Of a DNA stretch of 64,000 nucleotides, positions 47,319-57,156 are shown in pieces. Each line of letters starts with the position of its first letter. Within the stretch, counting starts at the first letter, position 1. Position numbers and translations under genes: made by a program. Below the pieces are notes generated by a model. The model saw only the letters and a program-made list of their open reading frames with translations. It ran no database searches and had not been told where the DNA came from. Source of the stretch: an uncultured Actinomycetota bacterium (GTDB taxonomy: Bacteria > Actinomycetota > Actinomycetes > Mycobacteriales > Mycobacteriaceae); the NCBI GenBank assembly GCA_963751315.1, contig CAVVUH010000038.1, positions 148,590 to 212,589 on the forward strand, read 5' to 3'.

Positions 47319-48384
47319 GCGCATTCCTTTAGGCAAATTCGAAACGGTACAGGCAGGCAATTACCCAGTCGCCCAACTGAACACAACGACTGGGGTTCGC
47401 AAGCCTACACCTGACCGTCGTCGCGGACGTTCCAAGGCCGACAGCGCCCCCAGGGTTCGTTTGGATGCCGGGGGGCAACGACAGCGCGACCGAACAGCGC
47501 GCAGCAAATAGCCAGTGCCGCGCCCGGCTCAGGCTAATGCGGTCCAACGGGACAGAGCCATCTTCTTCACCCGTTTCGCTCGAGGATCACCGTTCGGAGG
47601 ATGAATACGACGGATTCGGATATGTCGGGTTACCGGTAGAAGTCTCCGTTTTCATCTGATGAATCACGGCCCCCTCGGGCGGCTGGCCTGTGAGCGAGTG
47701 TTCTCATCGATCGAAGTCACTGTTAGGGCGATGATTTGGGCCCAGGTTGGTGAGACGCTGAGGTGTTGTAGGCGCGTGATCGCCTCGACAGGGTCATCAT
47801 GGAATCCTTTTGGCCGCTGGCGTCCATCAGCGCCTTGCCCTCTGAACACTTTCTCGTGCCGTCAACCATTCCCTGGTGGTCCGACGCGACAGTGGCCGCG
47901 CAGGCACCGACGACGCTGACGGGCAGGTGCTCACGTCGCCAATTGCTTGCCGGCCGCGTCTGGAGGGCATTGCAAGGCCGTGCTGCTGAATACAGAAACT
48001 GTATGTCACCACCTGTTGACTTGGGTTCCAATCCGGCGTAGTTTCTAAGTCATCAACGGGTGACAAAAGTCATCAGATGTTGAAAGTGCCTCTACCTCGA
48101 TGAATAGGAGCTTCTCATGACAGCGCCGACCGCCGCCACGACCCGAACGCCGTCCGTCGCAGCCGTGTCCATCGAGTTCCCGCCGCTGTTGCTGGCCAGC
48201 GCCCCACGCCCCGCCCGCGTGCCATGGTGCCGGCGCGCGCGCTCCTGCCTGGTGTTTTCAAGCAGGCGGTGCACACCCTGGCGCACTGAATGATCGGCAC
48301 CGACGTCGTCAGCATGCCTTTCGCAAACGACTCCGCAACTTCGTCGAAACGCTGTCCCGCACAACGGCATAGGAAGTGTTGAGC

Positions 48385-49434
48385 ATGACCGCACCCACTA
48401 AGGTATCCGGCTCGCCCCGAGACATTCGCCCAATCCATGTACCTAGGGCACGCAGATTTCCGCTCAGCGACGGTGTGCCCGTCGAGGTCATCGAGAGCAG
48501 ACCCAGCGCCGCTGCGCGGTTGTTGTCGCTGGCGTCTCGGGTGACGATCAGGCCAGCCCTGGCGGTGTGCAGCCATGCCCCGCATCTGCTATGGCCGTTC
48601 GGCATCATCGACTTCGCTTCTCGGGCCTTGCTTCCCGCTGCGGGCACGATCCCGGCGACGGTGGGTTTGCCCAACGCCTCAGCACAACTGGTCCGCGCGC
48701 CCGGGGTGTTGCCCGCCGACGGCAACCGACGAGTGGTGCTCTACCTGCACGGCGGCGCCTTCTTGATGTGCGGAGCCAATTCGCACGGCAGGCTGGTCAA
48801 CGCGCTGTCACGATTCGCCGACTCACCTGTGCTGGTGGTCAACTACCGGCTGATCCCTAAGCACACGGTCGGGATGGCGCTCGACGACTGTTACGACGCC
48901 TACCGATGGCTGCGGCTGCGCGGGTACGAGCCCGACCAGATCGTGCTGGCGGGCGACTCGGCGGGTGGCTACCTTGCACTGGCACTCGCGCAGCGGCTGC
49001 AGGATGACGACGAGGAACCCGCGGCGCTGGTGGCGATCTCGCCGTTGTTGCACCTCGCCAAGAAACCCAAGCCGCCGCCCCCGAACATCAAGAGCGACGC
49101 GATGTTTCCGGCGAAGGCGTTCGACGCGCTGATCGCGCTGGTCGCCTGCGCCGCCGCCAGGCACATCGTCGACGGTAAGCCCGAAGAGCTCTACGAGCCG
49201 CTAGACCATGTGGAACCCGGCCTGCCGCGAACGTTGATCCACGTATCTGGGTCCGAAGTGCTGTTGCAGGACGCGCGGTTGGCCGCCCGACGGTTGGCGG
49301 CGGCGAGTGTGCCGGCCGAGGTGCGAGTGTGGCCGGGCCAGGTTCACGACTTCCAGCTCGCCGCGCCGTTGGTGCCCGAGGCGACGCGCTCATTGCGGCA
49401 GATCGGCGAGTACATCCGCGAGGCCACCGGCTAG
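48385..49434 (+). CDS. Alpha/beta hydrolase of the HSL/Lip family (MbtJ-like esterase)
   Basis: Oxyanion LHGGAF and nucleophile elbow GDSAGG. AGGAAG lies 8 nt before the ATG at 48385. Confidence 0.85.
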   Translation: MTAPTKVSGSPRDIRPIHVPRARRFPLSDGVPVEVIESRPSAAARLLSLASRVTIRPALAVCSHAPHLLWPFGIIDFASRALLPAAGTIPATVGLPNASAQLVRAPGVLPADGNRRVVLYLHGGAFLMCGANSHGRLVNALSRFADSPVLVVNYRLIPKHTVGMALDDCYDAYRWLRLRGYEPDQIVLAGDSAGGYLALALAQRLQDDDEEPAALVAISPLLHLAKKPKPPPPNIKSDAMFPAKAFDALIALVACAAARHIVDGKPEELYEPLDHVEPGLPRTLIHVSGSEVLLQDARLAARRLAAASVPAEVRVWPGQVHDFQLAAPLVPEATRSLRQIGEYIREATG

Positions 49435-49466
49435 CAGCCCGGCGACCACGCTTGCGGGGATTACCC

Positions 49467-49496
49467 CCGGCGCACCAGCCGCTACCGGTGCGCCGG
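49467..49496 (+). terminator. GC-rich hairpin (10-bp perfect stem, 10-nt loop) 33 nt after the esterase stop
   Basis: CCGGCGCACC-agccgctacc-GGTGCGCCGG, with all pairs checked. There is no U-tract, so at best it is an I-shaped mycobacterial-type terminator. Confidence 0.4.
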
Positions 49497-49657
49497 CGAG
49501 AATCGCGCCAGGATGGCGGCTACTCTCGGCGATCCCATACCGATCAGCCAATCGTCCTCGACGGTGCAGCCTAGGACGGCGTTGTGCCCGACGCACACCG
49601 GCCACGGGTTGATCTTCCGCACCCGTCTGACCCCGAATCGATGGCGGAATACACCCT

Positions 49658-49999
49658 TTGGTACTCGATGATCAGGCGCTCGTCGTCCACGTCCGTGGAA
49701 AAGGCCTACTCGTAGTGACCGGATGCGGACATGCCGGCGCCGTGAATATCGTGCGACACGCCCAGCGACTGACCGCGGTACCCCGCCTGTACGCGCTCCT
49801 GGGCGGCCTCCACTTAAGTGGCGGGTACTTCGCGCCGAGCATAGCCCCTACCGCAGAAGCACTCACCGCCATGGCGCCCGACTTGCTTGTGCCAGGGCAC
49901 TGCACCGGATGACAAGCGCAGCACACCTTCGCGGCCGCGCTGCCGGACAGCTGGGTCCAGGGCAGCAGCGGGACCCGTTACCGACTAAGCGCAGACTGA
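49658..49999 (+). pseudogene. MBL-fold hydrolase, C-terminal remnant with an in-frame TGA
   Basis: LVVTGCGHAGAVNIV...LLGGLHL...LVPGHCTG then TGA at 49910, where a conserved Trp (TGG) is expected. The reading frame continues QAQHTFAAALPDSWVQGSSGTRYRL. The N-terminal roughly 170 aa are absent. Confidence 0.6.
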
Positions 50000-50222
50000 G
50001 CGCCGTCACCTTGCCGGGCGGGCCAAACCGCTGGGCCGGCCGGCGGCAAGCACGTCACACCTTCGTTGTCGCTTGGCCGGTACCCGTGCGGCCCAGAATG
50101 GTTCCTGCATTTGGCGGATGGTTTCCTCGCTGGAACGGAATATTCAGTTGCGCGGCATCTCTGTTGGAGCTCAGTTTCAGGACTCCGCACCGAGATATCA
50201 CCGAGCGATTGGTTCCGCCACG

Positions 50223-51695
50223 CTAGTCGGTGGCTGGTTCGCCGTGGGGCCAGCGCTGTGTCACGTTCTTGGTGCGTGTGAAGAAGCGGATGCTGTCCTC
50301 GCCGTATTGGTTCAGATCGCCGAAAGCCGAGTTCTTCCAGCCGCCGTGGCTGTAGTAGCCGACGGGAGTCGGCAGGGGAAAATTAACGCCTACCATGCCT
50401 ACCTCGACCTCGGCGACGAAGCGCTGCGCCGCATCTCCGCTGCGCGTAAAGACTGTCACCGCGTTGCCCTGGTGATGGAGGTTCGGGTAGCTCAGCGCCT
50501 CCTCGAAGGTCTCCGCACGAACAATCTGCAGCGTCGGGCCGAAGATCTCGTCCTGATAGCTCTTCATTGATCGTGTGACATGATCGATCAGGGATGGCCA
50601 CAGGAAGAATCCTTCTTCGTGCCCCGGCAGGCTTCGCCCCCGCCCGTCGATGACCAGCTCGGCGCCTTCATCGGCAGCAAGCTGGATATAGCCTTCGATC
50701 TTCCGCTTGTTTTCGGGAGTGACGACCGGACCCATCTGCGCGTCGGGGTCAGTGAAGCCGCCGACCCGCAGCCTGGGAATCTCCTCGAGCAGCCGCTCAC
50801 GAACCGCCTCAGCCGTCCGTTCGCCAACGGGCACGATCACCGGCATGGCCATGCAGCGCTCGCCGGCAGAGCCAAAGGCCCCGGCGAGGATGTCCACGAG
50901 AGCCGAGTCGAGATCGGCGTCGGGCAGGATGACGCCGTGGTTCTTCGCTCCGCCCAAGGATTGCACGCGCTTGCCGTTGCCCGCGCCGCGGGTATAGACG
51001 AGCCTTGCCACCTCCGTCGAGCCGATAAAGGTCACGGCCTTGATGTCCGGATGATCCCCGATCGCCTCGCCGACCTCCTGGCTACCCTGCACGACGTTGA
51101 CGATGCCCGGCGGAACCCCGGCTTCGTGGGCGAGCTCGACGACCCGGAGGGCCGCGGAGGGTGCGCGCTCCGACGGTTTCAGGATGAACGCGTTGCCGAC
51201 GGCGATGGCCGGGGTCAGCATCCAGAGCGGAATCATGCCGGGGAAGTTGAAAGGCGGAATTCCGGCAACGACTCCCAGTGGTTCGCGGATGGAATAGACA
51301 TTCACGCCAGCGCCGGCGCCCTGCGTGAACTCGCCCTTCTGCAAATGCGGGACGCCGCACATAAACTCCACCACGTCCAGACCGCGCTGCAGCTCGCCGT
51401 CGGAGTCGCTCAGCAACTTGCCATGTTCGGAGGACATCAGGTGAATGAGCTCCTGCCTGTGCTCTTCGATCAAGGCCTTGAACTTGAAAATCACCCGGGC
51501 CCGGCGCAGGGGATCGATTGCGGCCCAGGCGGGTTGTGCTGCCTTGGCGGCCGCGACAGTCTCGGCAAGGATTGCGGCGTCGCCGTGCTCCAGAAGGGCC
51601 TGCACCTGCCCGGTGCTCGGATCGTAGACCGGGCTGGTGATGGCGCCAGGGCGCGTAACGCTTTGGCCGTTGATGAAATGGCTGATCGTTCGCAT
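50223..51695 (-). CDS. mmsA: CoA-acylating methylmalonate-semialdehyde dehydrogenase
   Basis: MRTISHFINGQ, PFNFPGMIPLWM, FILKPSERAP and GERCMA are hallmark MmsA motifs. Confidence 0.9.
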   Translation of the reverse strand: MRTISHFINGQSVTRPGAITSPVYDPSTGQVQALLEHGDAAILAETVAAAKAAQPAWAAIDPLRRARVIFKFKALIEEHRQELIHLMSSEHGKLLSDSDGELQRGLDVVEFMCGVPHLQKGEFTQGAGAGVNVYSIREPLGVVAGIPPFNFPGMIPLWMLTPAIAVGNAFILKPSERAPSAALRVVELAHEAGVPPGIVNVVQGSQEVGEAIGDHPDIKAVTFIGSTEVARLVYTRGAGNGKRVQSLGGAKNHGVILPDADLDSALVDILAGAFGSAGERCMAMPVIVPVGERTAEAVRERLLEEIPRLRVGGFTDPDAQMGPVVTPENKRKIEGYIQLAADEGAELVIDGRGRSLPGHEEGFFLWPSLIDHVTRSMKSYQDEIFGPTLQIVRAETFEEALSYPNLHHQGNAVTVFTRSGDAAQRFVAEVEVGMVGVNFPLPTPVGYYSHGGWKNSAFGDLNQYGEDSIRFFTRTKNVTQRWPHGEPATD

Positions 51696-52424
51696 GGAAT
51701 CTTTCTCCTCACCGTTGACTCGTTGACGTGCTCAGAAGATGGGAGCGCAGCGGCGACCGTAGACGCGACCCCCAGTCCGATGCCTCTGCGGCGGCCGCCT
51801 GTGCGGCCCATGAACAGCCGAACTCGTTGCGTCAACATTAGGAGCATCTGCAAGATATGGTTTGGGCGCGCTACCGACATGCTTCTCTGCGGACTATGTT
51901 TCTTGCACAGCAGACCTTTGGCTGTCCGGACAGCGGTGATCGGGGTACTGGCTCCTCGTTGGCGCGCCGCTCGCTTATCTACTTGGTTCTACTTGGTTGT
52001 GGCTTGGATGGCTGAGGGCTCCGACGTTGTTGAGGCTAGTCAGGGTGCCGCGGAGCCTGGTGATCGCCAAGTTCTGGGCGATTAGGCACTTCTGGAATGA
52101 AACCGACTGTGAAGCAGAGGAATTCGTTACATTTGTGACCTTTGCAGGGCCCGAAGCTGCCGTCAGGTACTGCTCGACCCCCTGGGTCATGACAAACCAA
52201 CGACTGTCGGGAGTTGTACTCGTGCACAACCGTACAGTTCTAGGATCCGCCACGAAGACGAGAAGATCCCGTCCGCAATTTCGATGAGAATTTTGCAAAC
52301 CTGCAGCTAGAAGAGTCGGTACACGTCACGGGCGGTGAGAACCTACGGCGGACTGTTCGACGTTGCAGATACGCAGAAAACGCCTGGCACGCCGCCGAAC
52401 GGTGCGAGAGGTGATTGACCTGCG

Positions 52425-53876
52425 CTATGACTTCGTCACGGTCGTCTCGACTCTTCGCTCCAGCGCGGCCCCGCTAGCGGTGAGCAACTCAGAGGCCATC
52501 GCCGTCGCGACGTCGCGCGGATAGGTGCGGCGTGCCAGGCATAAGAGCAGCCCTGCGGCGACGACCAGGGTAATCAGCATGATGAGGAAGGTGTGGCTCA
52601 ACGCGCTTGCTGCGCTCGGGGCGACTTCGCCCGTATTGGCGGGCTCGCCTTGCCCTAGTGCAGTGGACACAGCGCCGAATATCACTGGCGCCAACCCTGT
52701 GGATATCGACGACAGCGTGCTCCGCACCGCTTCTGCTGTCCCCCACAGCCGGGAATCCACGATGTCCAGCCTCGCCGCGTTGAGGGGCGGGTTCACGCCG
52801 CCTAATGCGATCCCAGCAAGAAACGCGAACACCAGCGCTGGCAGCAGGCTGTCTGCGAGCAGTGTCGGAAGGATGAACACCGCGGCTGCAAGAAATGCCG
52901 CCCCGCCCACCACAATCCGTGCACTGATGTGACCCTGGATTGTCAGCCAGTCGGCGATGCGTCCAGTGCTGAGCACGCCGATCAGCGCCCCAACGCCGAG
53001 GACCGAGATCAGCATGGTTGCCATCGCCTGGCCGATCTGAAACCGGCCGCACAGCAGTGCCACCCCGAAGGTGCTCAACCCGGTGGAGAAGAAGTACCCG
53101 AACGAAGACCCCGCAATGAGAACGACATTGGTACGGATCGACAGCACCCAGCGGAGGTCCCTCCACAGTGAGCGACGCCGTGCGTTCTCGTCAAGAACGC
53201 ATGCATCCGCCACCGACGGCGCGTCCGCTGCCCTGTCGCCGCGGCGCCGGTGGCCCCCGCGCAGCGGTTCTCGGAGCATTGTCGCGACGGCGACGGCCAG
53301 TGCGAACCCCACCACGGCCAGCCAGCAGAAGCCGAGCCGCCAGCTGAGCGCGCCGAGTCCCCCTGTGACCAGCAGCCCCACCGCAGTGCACGTGCCCTCG
53401 CCGGCGAGCACGAGCCCATACACACGACCCCGCTCGCCAGGGCTGAAGTAGTCGCCAATGAGCGAGGCGACCACTGGCCCTGAGACTGCCATCCCGGCGC
53501 CGAGGCCCACTCGGCAAGCCAGCAGCCAACCGTAATTGGGTGCGACGGCGCTCAACGCCATTGCCACCGAGCACACCAGCAGCGCCATCCACAGCAGGCG
53601 AACCCGTACCGTGCGATCGGCGAGCGCCCCGGCCACCAGTGTGGTAACAGCGCCGACACCGGTCGACACGGTGACCAGTAGGCCAACCTGAATGTCGTTG
53701 ATGCGCAATGACTCCTTGAGCGAGACAACCAGCGCTCCCACTGTGCCGCCATCAGCGCTTTGCAGCCCCACCACCAAGGCGAGCAACAGGATTGGCTTCA
53801 ACCGCGCGGAATCCGTCACACGAACTAATATCGTTATGCGAGCAAGCCTTTCGCATACGACGGCTCGGAGTCCCAT
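52425..53876 (-). CDS. MFS transporter
   Basis: About 12-14 TM segments with a GALADR-type loop motif. The ORF is open to 54041, and the start at MGLRAV (53876) is a guess. Confidence 0.75.
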   Translation of the reverse strand: MGLRAVVCERLARITILVRVTDSARLKPILLLALVVGLQSADGGTVGALVVSLKESLRINDIQVGLLVTVSTGVGAVTTLVAGALADRTVRVRLLWMALLVCSVAMALSAVAPNYGWLLACRVGLGAGMAVSGPVVASLIGDYFSPGERGRVYGLVLAGEGTCTAVGLLVTGGLGALSWRLGFCWLAVVGFALAVAVATMLREPLRGGHRRRGDRAADAPSVADACVLDENARRRSLWRDLRWVLSIRTNVVLIAGSSFGYFFSTGLSTFGVALLCGRFQIGQAMATMLISVLGVGALIGVLSTGRIADWLTIQGHISARIVVGGAAFLAAAVFILPTLLADSLLPALVFAFLAGIALGGVNPPLNAARLDIVDSRLWGTAEAVRSTLSSISTGLAPVIFGAVSTALGQGEPANTGEVAPSAASALSHTFLIMLITLVVAAGLLLCLARRTYPRDVATAMASELLTASGAALERRVETTVTKS

Positions 53877-54386
53877 TTCGGCATCAGCAGCCTCCGCACC
53901 GGGCTCCGTCGTGACGGAGGAGATTGGTGGTCGCGCCGACGGCCCGACCGCGGCTGTCGACTCGAGAAAACGCCCCGCATCTCGGGACGACGCATCGGCG
54001 ACGTGCTCCACCGCGGAGGCGTACTCTGCAGCAGCCGGCACGAACTCAAGATACCCTGGGGGACATCGTGTTTAGCTCCATCTTCGGCGTGAGTCGCGGC
54101 GTTCACGCCCAACGTTAAGATTCAGTTTCACCGTCGGACGTCATCGGTCGGCGGTGAGTTAAGGGAGGCACGCCGAGCCCTTGCGGTGCGTCGTTGTCGG
54201 TGACAACCTCTACTTCATCGCCGCTGTACTGACCTGGTTGCCCGGCCCCGGTGGACGCATCGCCACCTCCGCCACCCGCGTCGCTGATGAGATCCACCGC
54301 CGACGCCGGGCGAACAGGCCACCGCGCCCTTTGCTCAACCCGTCGGTCGCAGTGGCCAGTAACCACACCACAAAGGAGACGACCCG

Positions 54387-55226
54387 ATGACTTCCTTAGA
54401 GCTCACCAGTAGCGCACCAGCCGATTTTGACGAGGGCGAGGTCTATTTCATCGGTAATGCCACCACGTTGATTCGGTTTGGCGGACTGACGATCCTGACC
54501 GATCCCGCTTTCCTGCACAAGGGCGAGCACGTCTATCTGGGCCACGGTATATGGGCCCGCCGCGAAGTCGAGCCGGCCTGCCAGATCGCTGACCTTCCTC
54601 CCATCGATCTGATCGTCTTGTCGCACTACCACGGCGACCATTTCGACGACGTCGCCGCAAGGGAACTCGACAAGAACCTGCCCATCGTCTCCACGGCTGA
54701 CGCGGTGGGCAAGCTCAGCGCCCTGGGCTTCAAGAAGGGCTTCGCCCTCGACACCTGGGAGTCCCTCGAGGTGCACAAAGGGGACGCGACCCTGACCGTG
54801 ACCGCCATGCCGGGCAAGCACGCCACCGAGGAGGCCGTCAACGAGCTGCTGATGCCTGTCAACGGGCACCTGCTCGACTTCAGCCGCGACGGCGATCATC
54901 TCTATCGGCTCTACATCACCGGCGACACCATGCTCATCGACAGCCTCGAGGACATTCCGCGGCGCTATCCCAACATCGACCTTGGACTGATCCACACCGG
55001 CGGCACCACGTTCCTGGTTACAGTCGTCACGATGACCGGCGAACAAGGAGTCAAGGCCGTCGAGATCACCAAGCCGCACACCGCAATTCCGATCCACTAC
55101 AACGACTTCTCGGTGTTCCTGTCGGGCCTCGACGACTTCAAGAAAGCCGCCGAGGCCTCGACCGCGACGACGAAGTTCGTCTACCTCGCCCACGGCGAGA
55201 CCTACGCATTCAAACCCGACGCGTAA
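54387..55226 (+). CDS. MBL-fold metallo-hydrolase
   Basis: LSHYHGDHFD (HxHxDH). AAAGGAGA precedes the ATG. Confidence 0.85.
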   Translation: MTSLELTSSAPADFDEGEVYFIGNATTLIRFGGLTILTDPAFLHKGEHVYLGHGIWARREVEPACQIADLPPIDLIVLSHYHGDHFDDVAARELDKNLPIVSTADAVGKLSALGFKKGFALDTWESLEVHKGDATLTVTAMPGKHATEEAVNELLMPVNGHLLDFSRDGDHLYRLYITGDTMLIDSLEDIPRRYPNIDLGLIHTGGTTFLVTVVTMTGEQGVKAVEITKPHTAIPIHYNDFSVFLSGLDDFKKAAEASTATTKFVYLAHGETYAFKPDA

Positions 55227-56085
55227 CCAGTCGGGCGGCGTCATCGACCAACGACTGTGTGCCGAGAACGATTGCGAGGGCGAGGCGGTCGGCATCTTCT
55301 GTGTCGGGTTCGGCGGTGTAGATCATGATGCGGAGATCGTCAGCGGCGACGATGAGCGTGTCGCAGTCCACGGTGATATGCCCGACGTCGGGGTGATCGA
55401 TGACCTTGTGGCGCCCGACGTCCTGGTGCGGTTCGAGAGCGCCCGATTCCCAGAGCTTGACGAAGCGCGGGCTCTGCGCGGCGAGGTCGCGGATCAGCTG
55501 CTTCAACCGCTGATCGGCGGGATAGCGCGCGGCGGTCAGCCGCAGGTCGGCGACCAATCTGGTTTCGAGTTCGGTCTGCTCCTCGCGGGTCTGGACGGCG
55601 CGACTGCCCGGACCAACGAGGTGTCGCCAGACGCTGTTGCGTTCGATTCCCCGCCAACTCGTCGTCTGACCCATCAACGCGTCGTACGGCGCGTTGGCGA
55701 CGATGAGGGTCCAGGTGGCGTTAAAGACTGCGACGGGTGTGTTCGCCAGGCGGTCGAGCAGGCGCTGCACGCTCGGCGTGATGCGCGACGAGACCACGTC
55801 GTGTCCAGGGGTCGCGTGCCCGGCCAGTCGAAACATGAGGTCACGTTCGGCGTCGGAGACCCGCAACGCGCGGGCGAGCGCCTCAACGACCTGCACCGAC
55901 GGTGAGGTTGCTCGCCCTTGTTCGAGCCGTGTCAGGTAGTCGACCGAGATTCCGGCCAGCCCGGCCAGCTCTTCTCGGCGCAGCCCGACCGCGCGACGGC
56001 GTCCGCCAACGGGGACGCCGACCGCGGTGGGTTGCACGCGGTCGCGCCAGCGACGCACCGTGCGACCGAAATCCCACGAGTCCAT
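55210..56085 (-). CDS. XRE-type HTH transcriptional regulator with a MmyB-like ligand domain
   Basis: LRREELAGLAGISVDYLTRLEQGRATSPSVQVVEALARAL followed by a roughly 170-aa C-terminal domain. Start set at MDSWDFG; the ORF is open to 56190. Divergent from an SDR gene. Confidence 0.75.
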   Translation of the reverse strand: MDSWDFGRTVRRWRDRVQPTAVGVPVGGRRRAVGLRREELAGLAGISVDYLTRLEQGRATSPSVQVVEALARALRVSDAERDLMFRLAGHATPGHDVVSSRITPSVQRLLDRLANTPVAVFNATWTLIVANAPYDALMGQTTSWRGIERNSVWRHLVGPGSRAVQTREEQTELETRLVADLRLTAARYPADQRLKQLIRDLAAQSPRFVKLWESGALEPHQDVGRHKVIDHPDVGHITVDCDTLIVAADDLRIMIYTAEPDTEDADRLALAIVLGTQSLVDDAARLVTRRV

Positions 56086-56220
56086 CCCTTCACTAAACGC
56101 GAGACGGGCGGCTTGGGAAAGGTCTTGTCCTGGTACTGGCAGTCCTACGAAAACGCGACGACTGCCTGACGGCCGGAGTCCGGCGAACAATCATCGCTGT
56201 ACCACGACGAACGGAGAACC

Positions 56221-57156
56221 ATGAACTCGATCGCGTCCGGCACCGTGCTGATCACCGGGCCGACCGGCGGCCTGGGAAAGGCTGCGACGCTGGCGATCGC
56301 CAACCGCCCTGCGCCGCAGCGCCCCGACCTGCTGCTGGTCGGGAGAGCCGGCAAGGCGCTGAGCGAGGTGACCGCCACCGCCCGCGCGGCAGGAGCGACC
56401 GTGCAGGAGATCGGCTGCGATCTGGCCAGACTCGCGGACGTGCGGAACGCGGGTCAACAGGTCAAGCATCTGCTCGACGCCGGCGCGGTGCGTCCGCTGC
56501 GGGGATTGGTCGCCAACGCCGGCGTATCGGTCGTCGACACCCACAACGCCTCCGCGGACGGATACGAACTCACCTTCGCGGTCAACTACCTCGCGCACGC
56601 GCAGCTCATCGGCGATCTGCTGGACTCACTTGTCGCGCCCGCGCGTGTTGTGCTGCTGGGTTCAAATACCTACCACCAGAACATCTTCCGCCGCATGCTA
56701 CGAGTCGCGCCAGCGGATTGGCGCGACCCGATCGAACTTGCTCAGCCCACCCCACCCGACCTGCCGGCGACAGCCGAGCTCTCCGGGATCGCCTATTCCA
56801 ACTCCAAACTCGCGATCCTCTATTACGCGCACGAGTTGCAACGTCGCGCCCCGAAGGGGATCAACGTCACGGTGTTCGAGCCGGGATTCATGCCGGGCAC
56901 CGGACTGAGCAGGGGCCACGGCCCGGGCCTACAACGAATCGGGCGCCTCATCGAGCGGATTCCCGGCGTCTCCTCGCCGACGCACTCCGGCCCAATGCTC
57001 GCGTCGATCGTCTTCGACGACGGGTGGGCGCACCTGCGAGACGGCGCCTTCGTCGTCAAAGACGAAGAGCGCGAAGTGAAGCCGTTCGCAAAGGACCCGA
57101 CGCGTGAGTCAAGGCTGTGGGATGCGACGGCCGAACTGCTCAACTCCGCCAGCTAA
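56221..57156 (+). CDS. Short-chain dehydrogenase/reductase
   Basis: ITGPTGGLGKA and YSNSKLA (YxxxK). The stop overlaps the mbtA stop by 4 nt, convergently. Confidence 0.85.
   Translation: MNSIASGTVLITGPTGGLGKAATLAIANRPAPQRPDLLLVGRAGKALSEVTATARAAGATVQEIGCDLARLADVRNAGQQVKHLLDAGAVRPLRGLVANAGVSVVDTHNASADGYELTFAVNYLAHAQLIGDLLDSLVAPARVVLLGSNTYHQNIFRRMLRVAPADWRDPIELAQPTPPDLPATAELSGIAYSNSKLAILYYAHELQRRAPKGINVTVFEPGFMPGTGLSRGHGPGLQRIGRLIERIPGVSSPTHSGPMLASIVFDDGWAHLRDGAFVVKDEEREVKPFAKDPTRESRLWDATAELLNSAS

Noticed and set aside
48019-48036. tRNA-like T-loop sequence GGGTTCCAATCC. A second case is GGTTCGAAAACC at 44204-44215.
   Set aside because: The flanks do not form a T-stem, and no acceptor, D or anticodon arms can be drawn. 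It is not a tRNA, and I have no support for calling it a tRNA-derived att site.
54159-54177. IdeR-like sequence TTAAGGGAGGCACGCCGAG between the MFS and MBL genes
   Set aside because: It matches only 11/19 positions and the right half is poor, which is indistinguishable from chance in GC-rich DNA.
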